From positions 2,732-66,731 of IMG/VR virus record IMGVR_UViG_3300040811_000504: a stretch of 64,000 nt of DNA; one strand, given 5' to 3'. Shown here in pieces: positions 30,501 to 40,028 of the stretch. Position 1 is the first letter of the stretch; each line of letters starts with the position of its first letter. Source of the DNA: a virus (Duplodnaviria > Caudoviricetes). A model generated the notes under the pieces. It made no database searches. It was not told the DNA's origin and saw only the letters and a list, made by a program, of their open reading frames with translations. The position numbers were made by a program, and so were the translations under genes.

Positions 30501-31963
30501 TGTGTATATAAAGAACCTGTGGTTTCATAATACATCCATTTTTCCCAACCATCCATACCACTAATTACATTTGATTTTCTTTGTAGTGATTGTGATATAT
30601 TAGTTAGTGCTGATGAACCACTAATTAAATTTAATGTATTGATTCTACTATCATAAGATTCTATGAGTTCTAATTTATACTTTAAGTTTTTAACACGCTC
30701 TACTGCTGATGAATAATTAACAAAGTTTTTGAAATTAGAATAATCTATGTTTAAGGTAGTATTACCAATTGAACCTGATAAGTATTTATCAACTATTTGT
30801 TGTGAGGTTGATAGAGTGGTATCTAATAAAGAATTCCAAGTTTTTAAATCAGTACCTTGTGATTTACCATAATTACCCATATCAATATTAAAATTAGCAT
30901 ATGAAAAATCTTCATAAGTTTCTTCTTTGATATATGGGTATACTAATACTCTTTCAATATAATCTTCTCTTAAAGAAAGTGATATCTTTGGAATTTTATT
31001 TTCAAATTCAACTGGTAATTCTGTGTATAGTTTTACAACAACATTTTTTATTTTATTTGAAGCTGCCGTATATGGGTTAAATATTTTAAACTTAGAGAAT
31101 GGGTGTGTACCATAGTATATATTATCGAATATATCATCAGGTACTCTCAATCCAGATTCTATTTCATACCTTCTATCAAATTCTTGTGAATTCTTTGAAA
31201 AAAATATTTGAGTACCATTAACATCTCTTAATGGTTCAAATTTTATATCTCGAGTTTTTTCATCTACAATTGGTGTAAATGATGTAGCTCTACCAGTTGT
31301 TAATCTTGTTTGTTTATAAACCTCTATCCAAATATTTTTATCCCCATCTTCCTCTGATGGGAAGTATGTAACATCACGGCCGTTGTATTTACCTAATGGG
31401 TGTTTTGGCCAACGTTGTTGTTCGCCAATTACTTCGTTATTAGCAAAACTAATATCCGTTATTGTGAATAGGTTGTTCTTACCAAAATTTAAAACTAAAT
31501 TATCTTTATAGTTTTTACCACTATTTACTAAATCATATAATTTTTTCAGACTGTAGTTTGAATTATCTACCTCTAATTCAATCTCAGTAGAATCTGCTGA
31601 AATGTTTTTTATTTTTAACTCTGAAGAAAATGTTTTTAGAAAATTATATACGATGTTATATGTACCACGTGGTACATCTGCTTTTCTAACATCCTTTTCA
31701 GGTGTTAGTAATATATCATATGTATAGTTTGCTTTATCCTCAGAAGTTACTTCATATTGTAATGGTGATACTGATGAGTGTAATAAATTATTCTCAGAAT
31801 AGATGTGTTTATGTACATACGATTGGTTTAACAATTCTTGAGTTAAAACCAATGGTGTTTTACTTAAACGTGCCGAGTCTAAAAAAGAATATACGGCAAC
31901 ACTATCTACTGGTGTTTTCACATCAGTTAGTATTTCTGGTTTTTGATATCTATCTATTGCCAT
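27539..31963 (-). CDS. Large baseplate wedge-like protein (gp7-like motif)
   Basis: YLLKTKGSARAVKALIATYG resembles the KG(T/S)...I..L motif of wedge proteins; context upstream of gp6. Confidence 0.6.
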   Translation of the reverse strand: MAIDRYQKPEILTDVKTPVDSVAVYSFLDSARLSKTPLVLTQELLNQSYVHKHIYSENNLLHSSVSPLQYEVTSEDKANYTYDILLTPEKDVRKADVPRGTYNIVYNFLKTFSSELKIKNISADSTEIELEVDNSNYSLKKLYDLVNSGKNYKDNLVLNFGKNNLFTITDISFANNEVIGEQQRWPKHPLGKYNGRDVTYFPSEEDGDKNIWIEVYKQTRLTTGRATSFTPIVDEKTRDIKFEPLRDVNGTQIFFSKNSQEFDRRYEIESGLRVPDDIFDNIYYGTHPFSKFKIFNPYTAASNKIKNVVVKLYTELPVEFENKIPKISLSLREDYIERVLVYPYIKEETYEDFSYANFNIDMGNYGKSQGTDLKTWNSLLDTTLSTSQQIVDKYLSGSIGNTTLNIDYSNFKNFVNYSSAVERVKNLKYKLELIESYDSRINTLNLISGSSALTNISQSLQRKSNVISGMDGWEKWMYYETTGSLYTHYSASSYVINPWPHYDEFPKKLYSVTSSQAISHYNGLIDSASIYDTFNDARLTKTIPSSMAEDPLNLDYILFIDMIGHHFDITWSYIKALTSINEREEHPYDGMPNELLYDVAKSMGWKLTHGKDRSDLWKFAAGTDKFGNYAQTGSLQTKTDEQINYEVWRRIVNNIPYLLKTKGSARAVKALIATYGIPQSFLSIREYGGPAIEDKRHIWEHDRFVYHLRMDTDNYITAPWDKIADIDPQTYLNRDPNPIDTIEIQFQQNLIRTSSLLHKGSDFAVLLEPTSRTSGKGNIHLYLSGSNGYKSASIENVPVFDSKMGTLLVQRETSVDDITQNNEYKIQYRKNRKDRISTSKSASIDINGSTESSYNAAWTGSGTVTFSNTLPTSNTPSIWADAEYMSGSIQEIRYWAQPLKDIVVDEHTLSRESYHGNSATSSYFDLKFRFIPDSQLKNVSESYDGILSQHPNQRISGSESGYILSASLFSFESDDLRGVTEEYYTKVPSAGANNIMNNKVRVESNRLTGILDPEQKKEKSQYDSAPVDSNQVGVYMSATKMYNEDIYNHTGYFEIDDYIGNPDRRPGYTEQNEELDYVRRQVFKKYSSKNLINDTIDILARYDFSVFEQIRQTMPARVDYNSGILIEPHILERPKVKSKTNLSYTQPQYDVVITNEVPVISEYIHYDTIITAPRSESAEYIHYDTVITAPRSESADYILYETTIPHQTLVVATKHDYTSSIDTTELRNIIAQKDDVESVGNPTIRNMYSPSTYRYTILNYSASADIGFGSGWTTGSNGYWNYNVTSSNAVVGKPSKYALKTIYFYNTELSASLRLSNSSSLVPASVSTDELPLSLENLRYLGCKMTSDSLTTNSPDTPDGRPVIEIFEADPNVLIYTSQTAEEGNLDVDTSTNLPTLKLEDLKVNDDIKWSREQEYKEAVAKFRKEIEKLIQIEGGRRTEFDLRYEEERIRFELEQQRREEFDIINRPNRITDV
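28380..28500 (-). repeat. 51-bp tandem repeat (17 aa: EYIHYDTxITAPRSESA), about 2.5 copies
   Basis: ISEYIHYDTIITAPRSESAEYIHYDTVITAPRSESADYILYET in the translation. Confidence 0.85.
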
Positions 31964-31974
31964 AGTTTACCTTA

Positions 31975-33135
31975 TTATCCTGCACCTGTCGGTGAACCAC
32001 CAGATGAACCTACACCAGCACCACTATTAGTTGTTCCACTACCCGAACCACTTCCCGTACCCGCACCACTTCGAGGATTGGATGTTTGATTCCCAGCCCC
32101 GGTTGGTGAACCTGATGTGCCTACACCCACGCCCATATTGGTTGGAACATCAGGAAGAACAAGCTCATCTATTGGAGTACCGTCGTTAACATCAACGGCC
32201 AATGTTTCTATGAATGATTCCATGTTAACAGAGAGTTTTTTAGTTGTGGTTGGAACTAATGGAGTATCTATTACATCTACTTTAAATATAGATTTATTAC
32301 CATATAAGTAACATCCCCTATAAGAAGTGGTTACCTGTCCTTGAAGTTCCCAAATATCACCAACTTGCATTTTAGAATTTAATACATCAAACTCTACTTT
32401 TATAAATGGATAACTTCCTCTATTAACAGATTCATACCTTGCGTTTCCTAAACTATCGTATATATTTGGAACGTATGGTTTTCTGATTCTATTAAATTTA
32501 AATTTAAACGTAACTGGTAAATCGTTGGCGTTGCCAGCACCATCGACAAGTTGATTTGCAACTCCGATTATTGCAGTAAGTTTTAAACTCTTACCACTAT
32601 CTTTAAGTTCTTGTGTGATTACATAACCACCATTTTCTAAACCAGGGCCTTCTTCAGCCCTATCAAATGGGATGGTACGATACCCACTATGATTAAAATT
32701 ATCTCTATGGTTTCCGAATGATGAAACACTACCGGGAGTTACATATGGGTTAATATAGTGATGGTCTTTATATCCACTCCAAGACTTACCACCACCTGGA
32801 ACTTCAGCTGCACCATCGGTTATTGCGTATCTACCACTAAACGTATCTTCAAATTCAGGTTCACCAGATGGTGTTAGAAATTGTACATAATTTAATGTTT
32901 GTTCGATGATTCTTAAATCACCCACATTTGATATTAATTCGGTTGATAATCTATCAATAGATTTATCATAGGATTCTGCTGAGTATACCACCGATTGAGC
33001 AGGTAACCTCTTATATCCATATTTTAACTTACCATCTTCAGGTAATCCATAGGATATAATTTGATTAGAGAAATTTCTTCGAATATCCCGTCTCTCTACC
33101 TTTTCTGCAACTTTATCTACTTTTGTTTCTGCCAT
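31975..33135 (-). CDS. Structural-module hypothetical protein with Gly/Ser-rich C-terminal tail
   Basis: C-terminal GSPTGAG repeated twice; lies in the baseplate module. Confidence 0.5.
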   Translation of the reverse strand: MAETKVDKVAEKVERRDIRRNFSNQIISYGLPEDGKLKYGYKRLPAQSVVYSAESYDKSIDRLSTELISNVGDLRIIEQTLNYVQFLTPSGEPEFEDTFSGRYAITDGAAEVPGGGKSWSGYKDHHYINPYVTPGSVSSFGNHRDNFNHSGYRTIPFDRAEEGPGLENGGYVITQELKDSGKSLKLTAIIGVANQLVDGAGNANDLPVTFKFKFNRIRKPYVPNIYDSLGNARYESVNRGSYPFIKVEFDVLNSKMQVGDIWELQGQVTTSYRGCYLYGNKSIFKVDVIDTPLVPTTTKKLSVNMESFIETLAVDVNDGTPIDELVLPDVPTNMGVGVGTSGSPTGAGNQTSNPRSGAGTGSGSGSGTTNSGAGVGSSGGSPTGAG

Positions 33136-35165
33136 TATCTAACCACTTTAAATATAGGTCCTTCAAAGTACTCGCTTTTTCCATTTCTATCTACTCTGAA
33201 ATCAAAACGATAGAATCTTTCTGGTTGAAGAGTGTTAAACCAAAAATCAAAATAGTTTCCAGTTGAATCACAATTCACTTTTGTGTAAGTTGTATCATAT
33301 GGAATTATTGATAAATTAGTTTCTACATCTTTTACTTGATAATAAGTAGTTTCCGGCAAATATTTAATAGTAGTATATGGGTATGTATCAGAGAATGTTC
33401 TTTGTGGATATTTAGCCCTACCAACTAATCTAAGTTTTGCTTTAGAAGTTTCCTTATACTCAGTAAGTATATTCTTAACGTATAATGTAATGTTATCATC
33501 AGTAAGTTCACTTAGTGAACCAGTTTTAAATGAACCAGTAGCCCATCTTACTTCTAATGTAGGTACATAAATTGTATTGGTTTCATTTGAAAAGAATTTT
33601 GATTGACCATATCTAATAGAATCACTTTCTTGTGATGCGGGTCTTTTGATAAGGAATCCATTATTTTCTCTACTACCACTTAACCAATCATTAACATAAT
33701 CGGTAACCTCAACATTTAAATCTTTAGTGTATTTGTTAAATGTTTGAGATACGGTGGTGTTACTTACTGATGAAGTGTACCACGTTGCTCCACCTTCGTT
33801 TTTATAGTATCCAGCTTCAATTTGTGGTGGGACAGTTACTGAACCTGAATATACTAATTTAAAGTTATCCAATGAACCACTTGCACCTGCAGAACCTGAA
33901 TCAAAGAATGTGTATGCGAATATATAATCACCGGCAATTTGTGGTGTAAATACTATCGATTGAGTTTGGGGTGTTGTAAATGATGAAGATAAGCTTGTAA
34001 CACCACTTCTGTATTTTAAACCATTTGGGTCGTATATAGTAAATCCTATTTCAGGATAATCACCCGGGTCAACCTCACAACTTAAAGTATATTCTAAATC
34101 GGTTGATAGAGTTTCAATGTATGTTGCATCACCACCACCAATATTATCTGCATATAAATTTAATTTAGATTGTGATGCAAACATACGTGGTAATTTTAGA
34201 TTGGTGTTTTTAACAACATTTCTTAATTGAAAATCACCTTCATTAAATGCAAAGGTTTCATACGCAAGTGTATTTCCAATTTTTTCATAAACATATATCT
34301 CATCAAATGAACCAGTCGTTGATGTTCCATCACCACTACCATCGAAGAATGTAAATTGTAATTGATACTCCCCTGCTGTTGTGGATGTTAAATCAAACGA
34401 TTGTGTTGATGGTGTTGTAATTCTACCTACAAAACCTTCATAATCACTATCTGCTTTTAAAACACCATCTGCATCTAAAACTCTAAATTGTATATCATCA
34501 AACGAACCAGGGTCGATTTGAAACTGAACACCATATGTTTGGTTCTCATCTAATTGTGCTGGGAATGCTAATGTTGTACCTGCAAAATTAGATGCGGATA
34601 TAAGTAATCTATTATCACTTATAGATATGGATGGGGAGTTACCCCTAATATCATTGATTGATTGTGTTAAAAATAAAGAACCAGTTCCTTCAGAAAATCC
34701 TTCATATAATACGATACCTTCGGTTGGAGCTCCAATTTTTCTGATACCATTGAAGGTTTGTGCGGATGAAACATTCCATAATATATTATCATGTCTGTGT
34801 GTCCATGAAGAACCATTGGTATTGGGGGGGTTTGTATTAAAACTACCAATACCATTTGACCAACTCTCAGAAACCTGTCTTACGTCTAATGTATATTCTG
34901 ATTCAACTTCGTTCTCATCAATAGATGTTAAATTAAGATAGAATTTTTTTGTACCAGATATATCACCATTTGAAATCAAATCAGATATTGGTGTTAAATC
35001 AAATTGAGTAAGTATTCTAGTATTACCAAGCAACTTCAAAGGGTCACTTCCTAAAACATAGAATTTAGTTATCTCCAATATCTCATCATTACCTGTGTTC
35101 TGATTCTTACGCACTGTCCACTCGTAAATTGTAGTATCCTTCTGTCCGTATATTCTATATATCAT
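33135..35165 (-). CDS. Virion protein with two duplicated beta-sandwich inserts
   Basis: MIYRIYGQKDTTIYE...NTG.DEILE and W...V..W..G..NNGFLIK scaffold; internal repeats DPGSF...FTFFD and DPGDY...YTFFD. Confidence 0.55.
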   Translation of the reverse strand: MIYRIYGQKDTTIYEWTVRKNQNTGNDEILEITKFYVLGSDPLKLLGNTRILTQFDLTPISDLISNGDISGTKKFYLNLTSIDENEVESEYTLDVRQVSESWSNGIGSFNTNPPNTNGSSWTHRHDNILWNVSSAQTFNGIRKIGAPTEGIVLYEGFSEGTGSLFLTQSINDIRGNSPSISISDNRLLISASNFAGTTLAFPAQLDENQTYGVQFQIDPGSFDDIQFRVLDADGVLKADSDYEGFVGRITTPSTQSFDLTSTTAGEYQLQFTFFDGSGDGTSTTGSFDEIYVYEKIGNTLAYETFAFNEGDFQLRNVVKNTNLKLPRMFASQSKLNLYADNIGGGDATYIETLSTDLEYTLSCEVDPGDYPEIGFTIYDPNGLKYRSGVTSLSSSFTTPQTQSIVFTPQIAGDYIFAYTFFDSGSAGASGSLDNFKLVYSGSVTVPPQIEAGYYKNEGGATWYTSSVSNTTVSQTFNKYTKDLNVEVTDYVNDWLSGSRENNGFLIKRPASQESDSIRYGQSKFFSNETNTIYVPTLEVRWATGSFKTGSLSELTDDNITLYVKNILTEYKETSKAKLRLVGRAKYPQRTFSDTYPYTTIKYLPETTYYQVKDVETNLSIIPYDTTYTKVNCDSTGNYFDFWFNTLQPERFYRFDFRVDRNGKSEYFEGPIFKVVR

Positions 35166-35176
35166 TTTGTATCTCC

Positions 35177-37117
35177 TTAGAATGATTGTGTTATCACTTG
35201 CCCTCTAATATCGGAATTTGGAAATTTTACTTCAAATATTGATGGGTCTAACGCTGGATAAATTACGCCATTTTTTGTAGCATTATTAATACTATATTTG
35301 TTAGGTGAATAGTTACCATTAAATTTGTTATATATTTGTAAACCACCAATTCCATCTTTATCGGGTCTTACAACACTCTGAACACCATCTACCTGGTCTA
35401 ATAATACATAAATTTTAGATAGTTGAATTGGTTCATTAATTCTCCAATTATCAATATTAAAATATTCTTTTAATGCATTTATACATCTTAAAAGAACTTC
35501 GTTTGAATTATATTGTGGTAACACCGTAATTTCAAAATCAATACCAATGTTAATAATATGTGCATCTTTTATGTTAACTGCATCTGTTAACAATCTATAA
35601 TATGATATATAGTTTCTAAGATTGTTCTTTGTTGCAGGGTTTAGAGGTACTAACTTTTTAGTATCATCATAACCCATTGTGTATAAATTTAATGCCAAAG
35701 GGTTTGGTATCTCAGATGATATAGTAGAACCATCGGATTTTTTATTTTCAATCTGATAATCTTGTGCTAGGTAAGCCTTTGCACAAGAACCAAATTGTGG
35801 TGGTAATGCGTAACACCTCATAACATAATCTTCTCTAGTTACAGTTCTATTTTGAGCAGCAAAGAACGACATTGCGTTGTTACGAATTTCTTCTAATGTT
35901 TCTTCACTACGACCACCTCGCGCTGGTTCTGGGTTTGTAACTGCTACTGAGTTTCTGATAAATCCAGTTACGGTAGTATCTAAATTTCTTTCATTTGCAA
36001 ATGATGTATCTATGGATACTATGTTTGTTAAATCTTTAGCAGGAACATTGTCTACTATACCATTACCAACTAAATACTCAACAGTTAATGTTGTATTTGA
36101 TGGTGCTACTCCATATGTTTTAGTATATAAAAAGTTAGATGGGTCAATACCCTGGTCTAAATCACCAACTATGTTATATAGATTAGAACCCACATTATCT
36201 GGGTTTGGTATGATTTCCTCATCTGCATTTTGTGATATACCAGCCCCAAACTGAATTACTACTACCCCACTATCTTCAAATCTTGTAATAAATCTTTTAG
36301 GTACTCTCTTCAATTCTAATAGGTATGGTGTATCACCACTATACTCTACAAACGCAGTTGAGTTATCTTCGTTATTCTCAATCTGTTCAAATACAGTATC
36401 TTGTGCTAAGTATGGTACGTGTGTCCATTCATCGCTATCATCATCTACTATTGATTTGATTCTTATAAAGTTAGGTTCTTCTATTTTTATTTTATCGTAA
36501 ATTTTTGGAGAACCAAATGTGAAGGTTTTTGTTGCAACAGTACCACTTGATACTTTTACTTTTTTCTTTAACAAATAGTATATAGGTTCATTTGTGTTTT
36601 CATCAACTTGATATACAGATACTTCCGTTGTATCAAATGATGATGAGAATGCAAAATCAATATTTTTCGATGCTATAAAGTTTACAACGTTTACCTCGGA
36701 AGAACCAATTTGCATACCCTCTGCTATTTTTAATGCATAATCAAAATCAGGTCTTACATCATCGCCACTTCCTTTAGATGGAACTAATTGAAATACATCT
36801 AAGTTAGTTGTAGCAGGTACATAATTTTTAGGTTTGTAACCATATGCAGCTGCTAGATTAAATAGATTTGAACTTTCTTCAGCGTTTGTTAAAACTGATT
36901 CTCTTAATTGAGTATCTGTGTAAAAAGAAAGTACATCACCTACATACGATGCCATTTCCATAAACATCATACCAGGCGATGATTCGTTAAAATCATTGTA
37001 GGTGTTTGGAAAATAGTTTTTTGAAAAATCTATTAGATTCTTACGAATCTCACCAAAGTCTCTACCTATTAACGATACATCTTTTTGTACTAAATCATTG
37101 TTAATTTTCTTTGCCAT
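35177..37117 (-). CDS. Baseplate wedge protein (T4 gp6/J-like)
   Basis: RDFGEIRKNL...YNDFNESSPGMMFMEMASYVGDVLSFY; ETLEEIR...AQNRTVTREDY. Confidence 0.9.
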   Translation of the reverse strand: MAKKINNDLVQKDVSLIGRDFGEIRKNLIDFSKNYFPNTYNDFNESSPGMMFMEMASYVGDVLSFYTDTQLRESVLTNAEESSNLFNLAAAYGYKPKNYVPATTNLDVFQLVPSKGSGDDVRPDFDYALKIAEGMQIGSSEVNVVNFIASKNIDFAFSSSFDTTEVSVYQVDENTNEPIYYLLKKKVKVSSGTVATKTFTFGSPKIYDKIKIEEPNFIRIKSIVDDDSDEWTHVPYLAQDTVFEQIENNEDNSTAFVEYSGDTPYLLELKRVPKRFITRFEDSGVVVIQFGAGISQNADEEIIPNPDNVGSNLYNIVGDLDQGIDPSNFLYTKTYGVAPSNTTLTVEYLVGNGIVDNVPAKDLTNIVSIDTSFANERNLDTTVTGFIRNSVAVTNPEPARGGRSEETLEEIRNNAMSFFAAQNRTVTREDYVMRCYALPPQFGSCAKAYLAQDYQIENKKSDGSTISSEIPNPLALNLYTMGYDDTKKLVPLNPATKNNLRNYISYYRLLTDAVNIKDAHIINIGIDFEITVLPQYNSNEVLLRCINALKEYFNIDNWRINEPIQLSKIYVLLDQVDGVQSVVRPDKDGIGGLQIYNKFNGNYSPNKYSINNATKNGVIYPALDPSIFEVKFPNSDIRGQVITQSF

Positions 37118-37125
37118 TTTTAAAC

Positions 37126-37566
37126 CTATTCTATTGTGGTAGTTCCCGCATTATCTATAAATAGAATTATTTGTTGGTTAGCACCTTGTTCGGTAACTCT
37201 AAAAGATAGTTCTATCCTAACATAATTTCTATCTTCTATAACTTCAATATTTATATCATCAATAATTATGTAGGGTAACCAATATTCTATATCAGCACGT
37301 AAAGATTCATCTAAGTTTGAAGCTAAATTTGGTTCAATTTGTTCAAACAATAAAGAATACACATCAGCCCCAAACTCAGGTTGAAACAACCGTTCACCTT
37401 TTCTAGTCAATAGTAAATTTTTTAGATTTGAAATAGATTGCTGTTCGGTTGTGTAACTTAATTGAAATAAACCTGTTGGTTTACCAAACGGTAACATTAC
37501 ACCAATTGCAACATCTTTCTGTAAATCTAATGGGTTGTACGAATATTCTTTACGTTGTTTAGCCAT
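37126..37566 (-). CDS. Baseplate protein gp25-like
   Basis: NLKNLLLTRKGERLFQPEFG...LLFE...WLPY. Confidence 0.9.
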   Translation of the reverse strand: MAKQRKEYSYNPLDLQKDVAIGVMLPFGKPTGLFQLSYTTEQQSISNLKNLLLTRKGERLFQPEFGADVYSLLFEQIEPNLASNLDESLRADIEYWLPYIIIDDINIEVIEDRNYVRIELSFRVTEQGANQQIILFIDNAGTTTIE

Positions 37567-37569
37567 TTA

Positions 37570-38064
37570 TTATTTCCCCTTCTTAGCATTGATAGTTTTC
37601 ATCAATGAAGAATAATCTCTTGTTAAAGCATCACCAACTGCAGTACCTTCGATATTAACATTCATAGGTTTACCATCTGGGTCTAAAGTTGGTGTCATAT
37701 TTGTTGTGGTTGCAACACCATCACCATATCCTAACATCTCTGCCATTTGTGTTCTATTGAATCCTTGTGCCTGTTGTGATGTAAATGTAGAATCCATACT
37801 TCTCCATTCACCACTCTGTGCGGTTTCATTCAACATATCATTTAGTAATGGGTTTTCTGAGAACTTTTGTACTTTTGGTTTTTTAGTTTCTAATAGACCT
37901 GAAATATCTAATGGGTCTTTAGTTACCCTACTATTATCCACTGCACGTTCTCTGATAATTGGTTTAGAACTTTGTTTAACCTCTTTTAAGATTGGTTTAA
38001 GCTCTTCCCTTACCACTTTTCTAACGATTACTTCTAATAATTGTGCTAATTCTTTTGCCTTCAT
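37570..38064 (-). CDS. Conserved hypothetical protein
   Basis: In-strand ORF; IVRKVVREE N-terminus; late-type motif upstream. Confidence 0.6.
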   Translation of the reverse strand: MKAKELAQLLEVIVRKVVREELKPILKEVKQSSKPIIRERAVDNSRVTKDPLDISGLLETKKPKVQKFSENPLLNDMLNETAQSGEWRSMDSTFTSQQAQGFNRTQMAEMLGYGDGVATTTNMTPTLDPDGKPMNVNIEGTAVGDALTRDYSSLMKTINAKKGK

Positions 38065-38102
38065 AATAATATACTTTTATATAAATATCAAATTGTTTTG
38101 TT

Positions 38103-38714
38103 TTATACTACACCACTCCATTTAAATGGTTTGTTAACGATTGGTGGGCTTGGAGTTGCAGGTGTTCCTGGTGTGACTGTAAGATAATGTGTTCCTTTAA
38201 CGGATTGTAAATGTGATATAAACGCAGTAGATAATTCAGTAGCAAATGGAATGCCGTATTTTATCTTCTGAGGTTCCTGGTCAAACACCCTATGTAAATC
38301 TTTTTTTAGTTTATCTACATTACCACCATTTGATACTATGTGTGAAATTGGTATTGGAACTCCTGCAGTACCTGTGGATTCTATCATAGATTGTGGGTGA
38401 AATGGTGCTGGTGAGAATTGTGATTTTTTCCAATAATCCACCACTGCCTTTGCCCAATCTGTGAATTGTTCTGGTCTAGCTTTCTTTTCAGATTCTCTTA
38501 TATTATCAAAAGTTTTTAATATAGCATTTTTAATTGGTAAGTATGGGGGTCTTACCATAACCAAGTTTGGATATAATATTACCTGTACAGTAGATACCGC
38601 AGTGTGATATGATGAAGCAATCTTTTCAGCAGTTTCTTCATGTGTCTTACCCTCTTTAGGGTCGTTTAAGTAGTTACCCACTTGTGTTATAAATGTTGGC
38701 CAGATTGCAGGCAT
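38103..38714 (-). CDS. Hypothetical protein (baseplate module)
   Basis: In-strand ORF, Pro-rich. Confidence 0.55.
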   Translation of the reverse strand: MPAIWPTFITQVGNYLNDPKEGKTHEETAEKIASSYHTAVSTVQVILYPNLVMVRPPYLPIKNAILKTFDNIRESEKKARPEQFTDWAKAVVDYWKKSQFSPAPFHPQSMIESTGTAGVPIPISHIVSNGGNVDKLKKDLHRVFDQEPQKIKYGIPFATELSTAFISHLQSVKGTHYLTVTPGTPATPSPPIVNKPFKWSGVV

Positions 38715-38715
38715 T

Positions 38716-39660
38716 TTATTGTTTCATCTTTTTTAGTTCATCGAAAATCTTTTGAACTTTAGCAGCATTTGTAGCAGGACCAGTTGGGCCCACACCAGTT
38801 GCATATGTTGCTTTAGCCGAAGTTAAATCTACCAACTCACTTACCAAATCTTCCATAAGGGTGAAAAATTTATCCATCTCCATAGCCCATTTAGGAGTTG
38901 CGTTTACAATATCTTTCTTACCAGATATGATAACCCTCTCATCTCTTGCGTTTAGGAATAACCTATCTGAATTTAAAACGATTGATGGGTCTTTCCATAG
39001 ATTTGGATTCTTAACACCCTCACCTATTTTTTTCTGAGATGGTTTTAGTTTTAGTTGTTGTTTGGATGTTAACCATATCGATGATAAATCATCGTTAATA
39101 TCTTCTATAATAAACTTATTAAACCTACCACCACTTTTTCTACCATTAGATAATATGGTGATTGGTTCAGATACTTTTCCTGGTGCATCCCAACTTGGTC
39201 TTTTAGATGTTCTTGCTAAAATAGGAGTATATCCAAATCTCAATGAATGACCAAATCTACCTTCTATTAGAACATCACCTAAGAATGGTTGTAACGACCC
39301 AACATCATCTCTTTCTTCAAATCCAGTTGGGAGACCAATTCCCCCTCCCGTAAAACCCACACTATCTGCGTTGAGTAGTGCGTTATTATGAACGTTCAAT
39401 TGTACTGCAGTTGGATTTAGATAATAAGAACGAGTTGCCTGTTTGCCCGGAGATTTACCAGGAGATGTTGCTTTTATCACAACGACTTGCTCACCAACTA
39501 ATGGTACTCTTTTAATATTTGCATCTAATGGGTATGCAGTTAAAGTACTACCCACACCCTGTGTTCTTACTGCTATACTAAGAACTGTATTTGGGTCGTT
39601 ATCAGTAAGTGTTATTGATGTAACCGTTCCACTTGTTACGAGTGTACCCGATGCTGCCAT
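38716..39660 (-). CDS. Baseplate hub/spike protein (gp5/Vgr-like N-terminus)
   Basis: P..GEQVVV OB-fold-like motif; GDVLIEGRFGHSLRFG. Confidence 0.6.
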   Translation of the reverse strand: MAASGTLVTSGTVTSITLTDNDPNTVLSIAVRTQGVGSTLTAYPLDANIKRVPLVGEQVVVIKATSPGKSPGKQATRSYYLNPTAVQLNVHNNALLNADSVGFTGGGIGLPTGFEERDDVGSLQPFLGDVLIEGRFGHSLRFGYTPILARTSKRPSWDAPGKVSEPITILSNGRKSGGRFNKFIIEDINDDLSSIWLTSKQQLKLKPSQKKIGEGVKNPNLWKDPSIVLNSDRLFLNARDERVIISGKKDIVNATPKWAMEMDKFFTLMEDLVSELVDLTSAKATYATGVGPTGPATNAAKVQKIFDELKKMKQ

Positions 39661-40028
39661 TATTCATCTCCTTCGTTTTGAAGAGAATCTATTTTAGCAT
39701 CAATTGCCTTTGCATTTTCTAAAAGTTGTTTCTTCTCTTCTTCAGATAATCCTAAACCACCACCCATTTCATCTGAGTTAGCGTCTTTCATCATTCTTTG
39801 AACGATTGCTGCAAGTTTTACAATTTGTTCATCGTTCTTAACAGATACTTCCATATACTCTTTAATCAATGGAACTACAACCGTTGCATCGTTTATATTT
39901 TTAACCAATGGTTCTAACTGAGCGATTAGAAGTTTTAACTGTCTATCTTTCTTTTTAGAGTTATTGTAGATATCCGACATGATATCTGCAAATGTTTTAC
40001 CTTTAAATAATTCAGTATCCTTATCCAT
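39660..40028 (-). CDS. Conserved hypothetical protein
   Basis: In-strand ORF; VPLIKEYMEVSVKNDEQIVKLA. Confidence 0.6.
   Translation of the reverse strand: MDKDTELFKGKTFADIMSDIYNNSKKKDRQLKLLIAQLEPLVKNINDATVVVPLIKEYMEVSVKNDEQIVKLAAIVQRMMKDANSDEMGGGLGLSEEEKKQLLENAKAIDAKIDSLQNEGDE

Noticed and set aside
31975-32130. Gly/Ser repeat as collagen-like or a mobile repeat
   Set aside because: There is no Gly-X-Y periodicity; it is an ordinary low-complexity tail.
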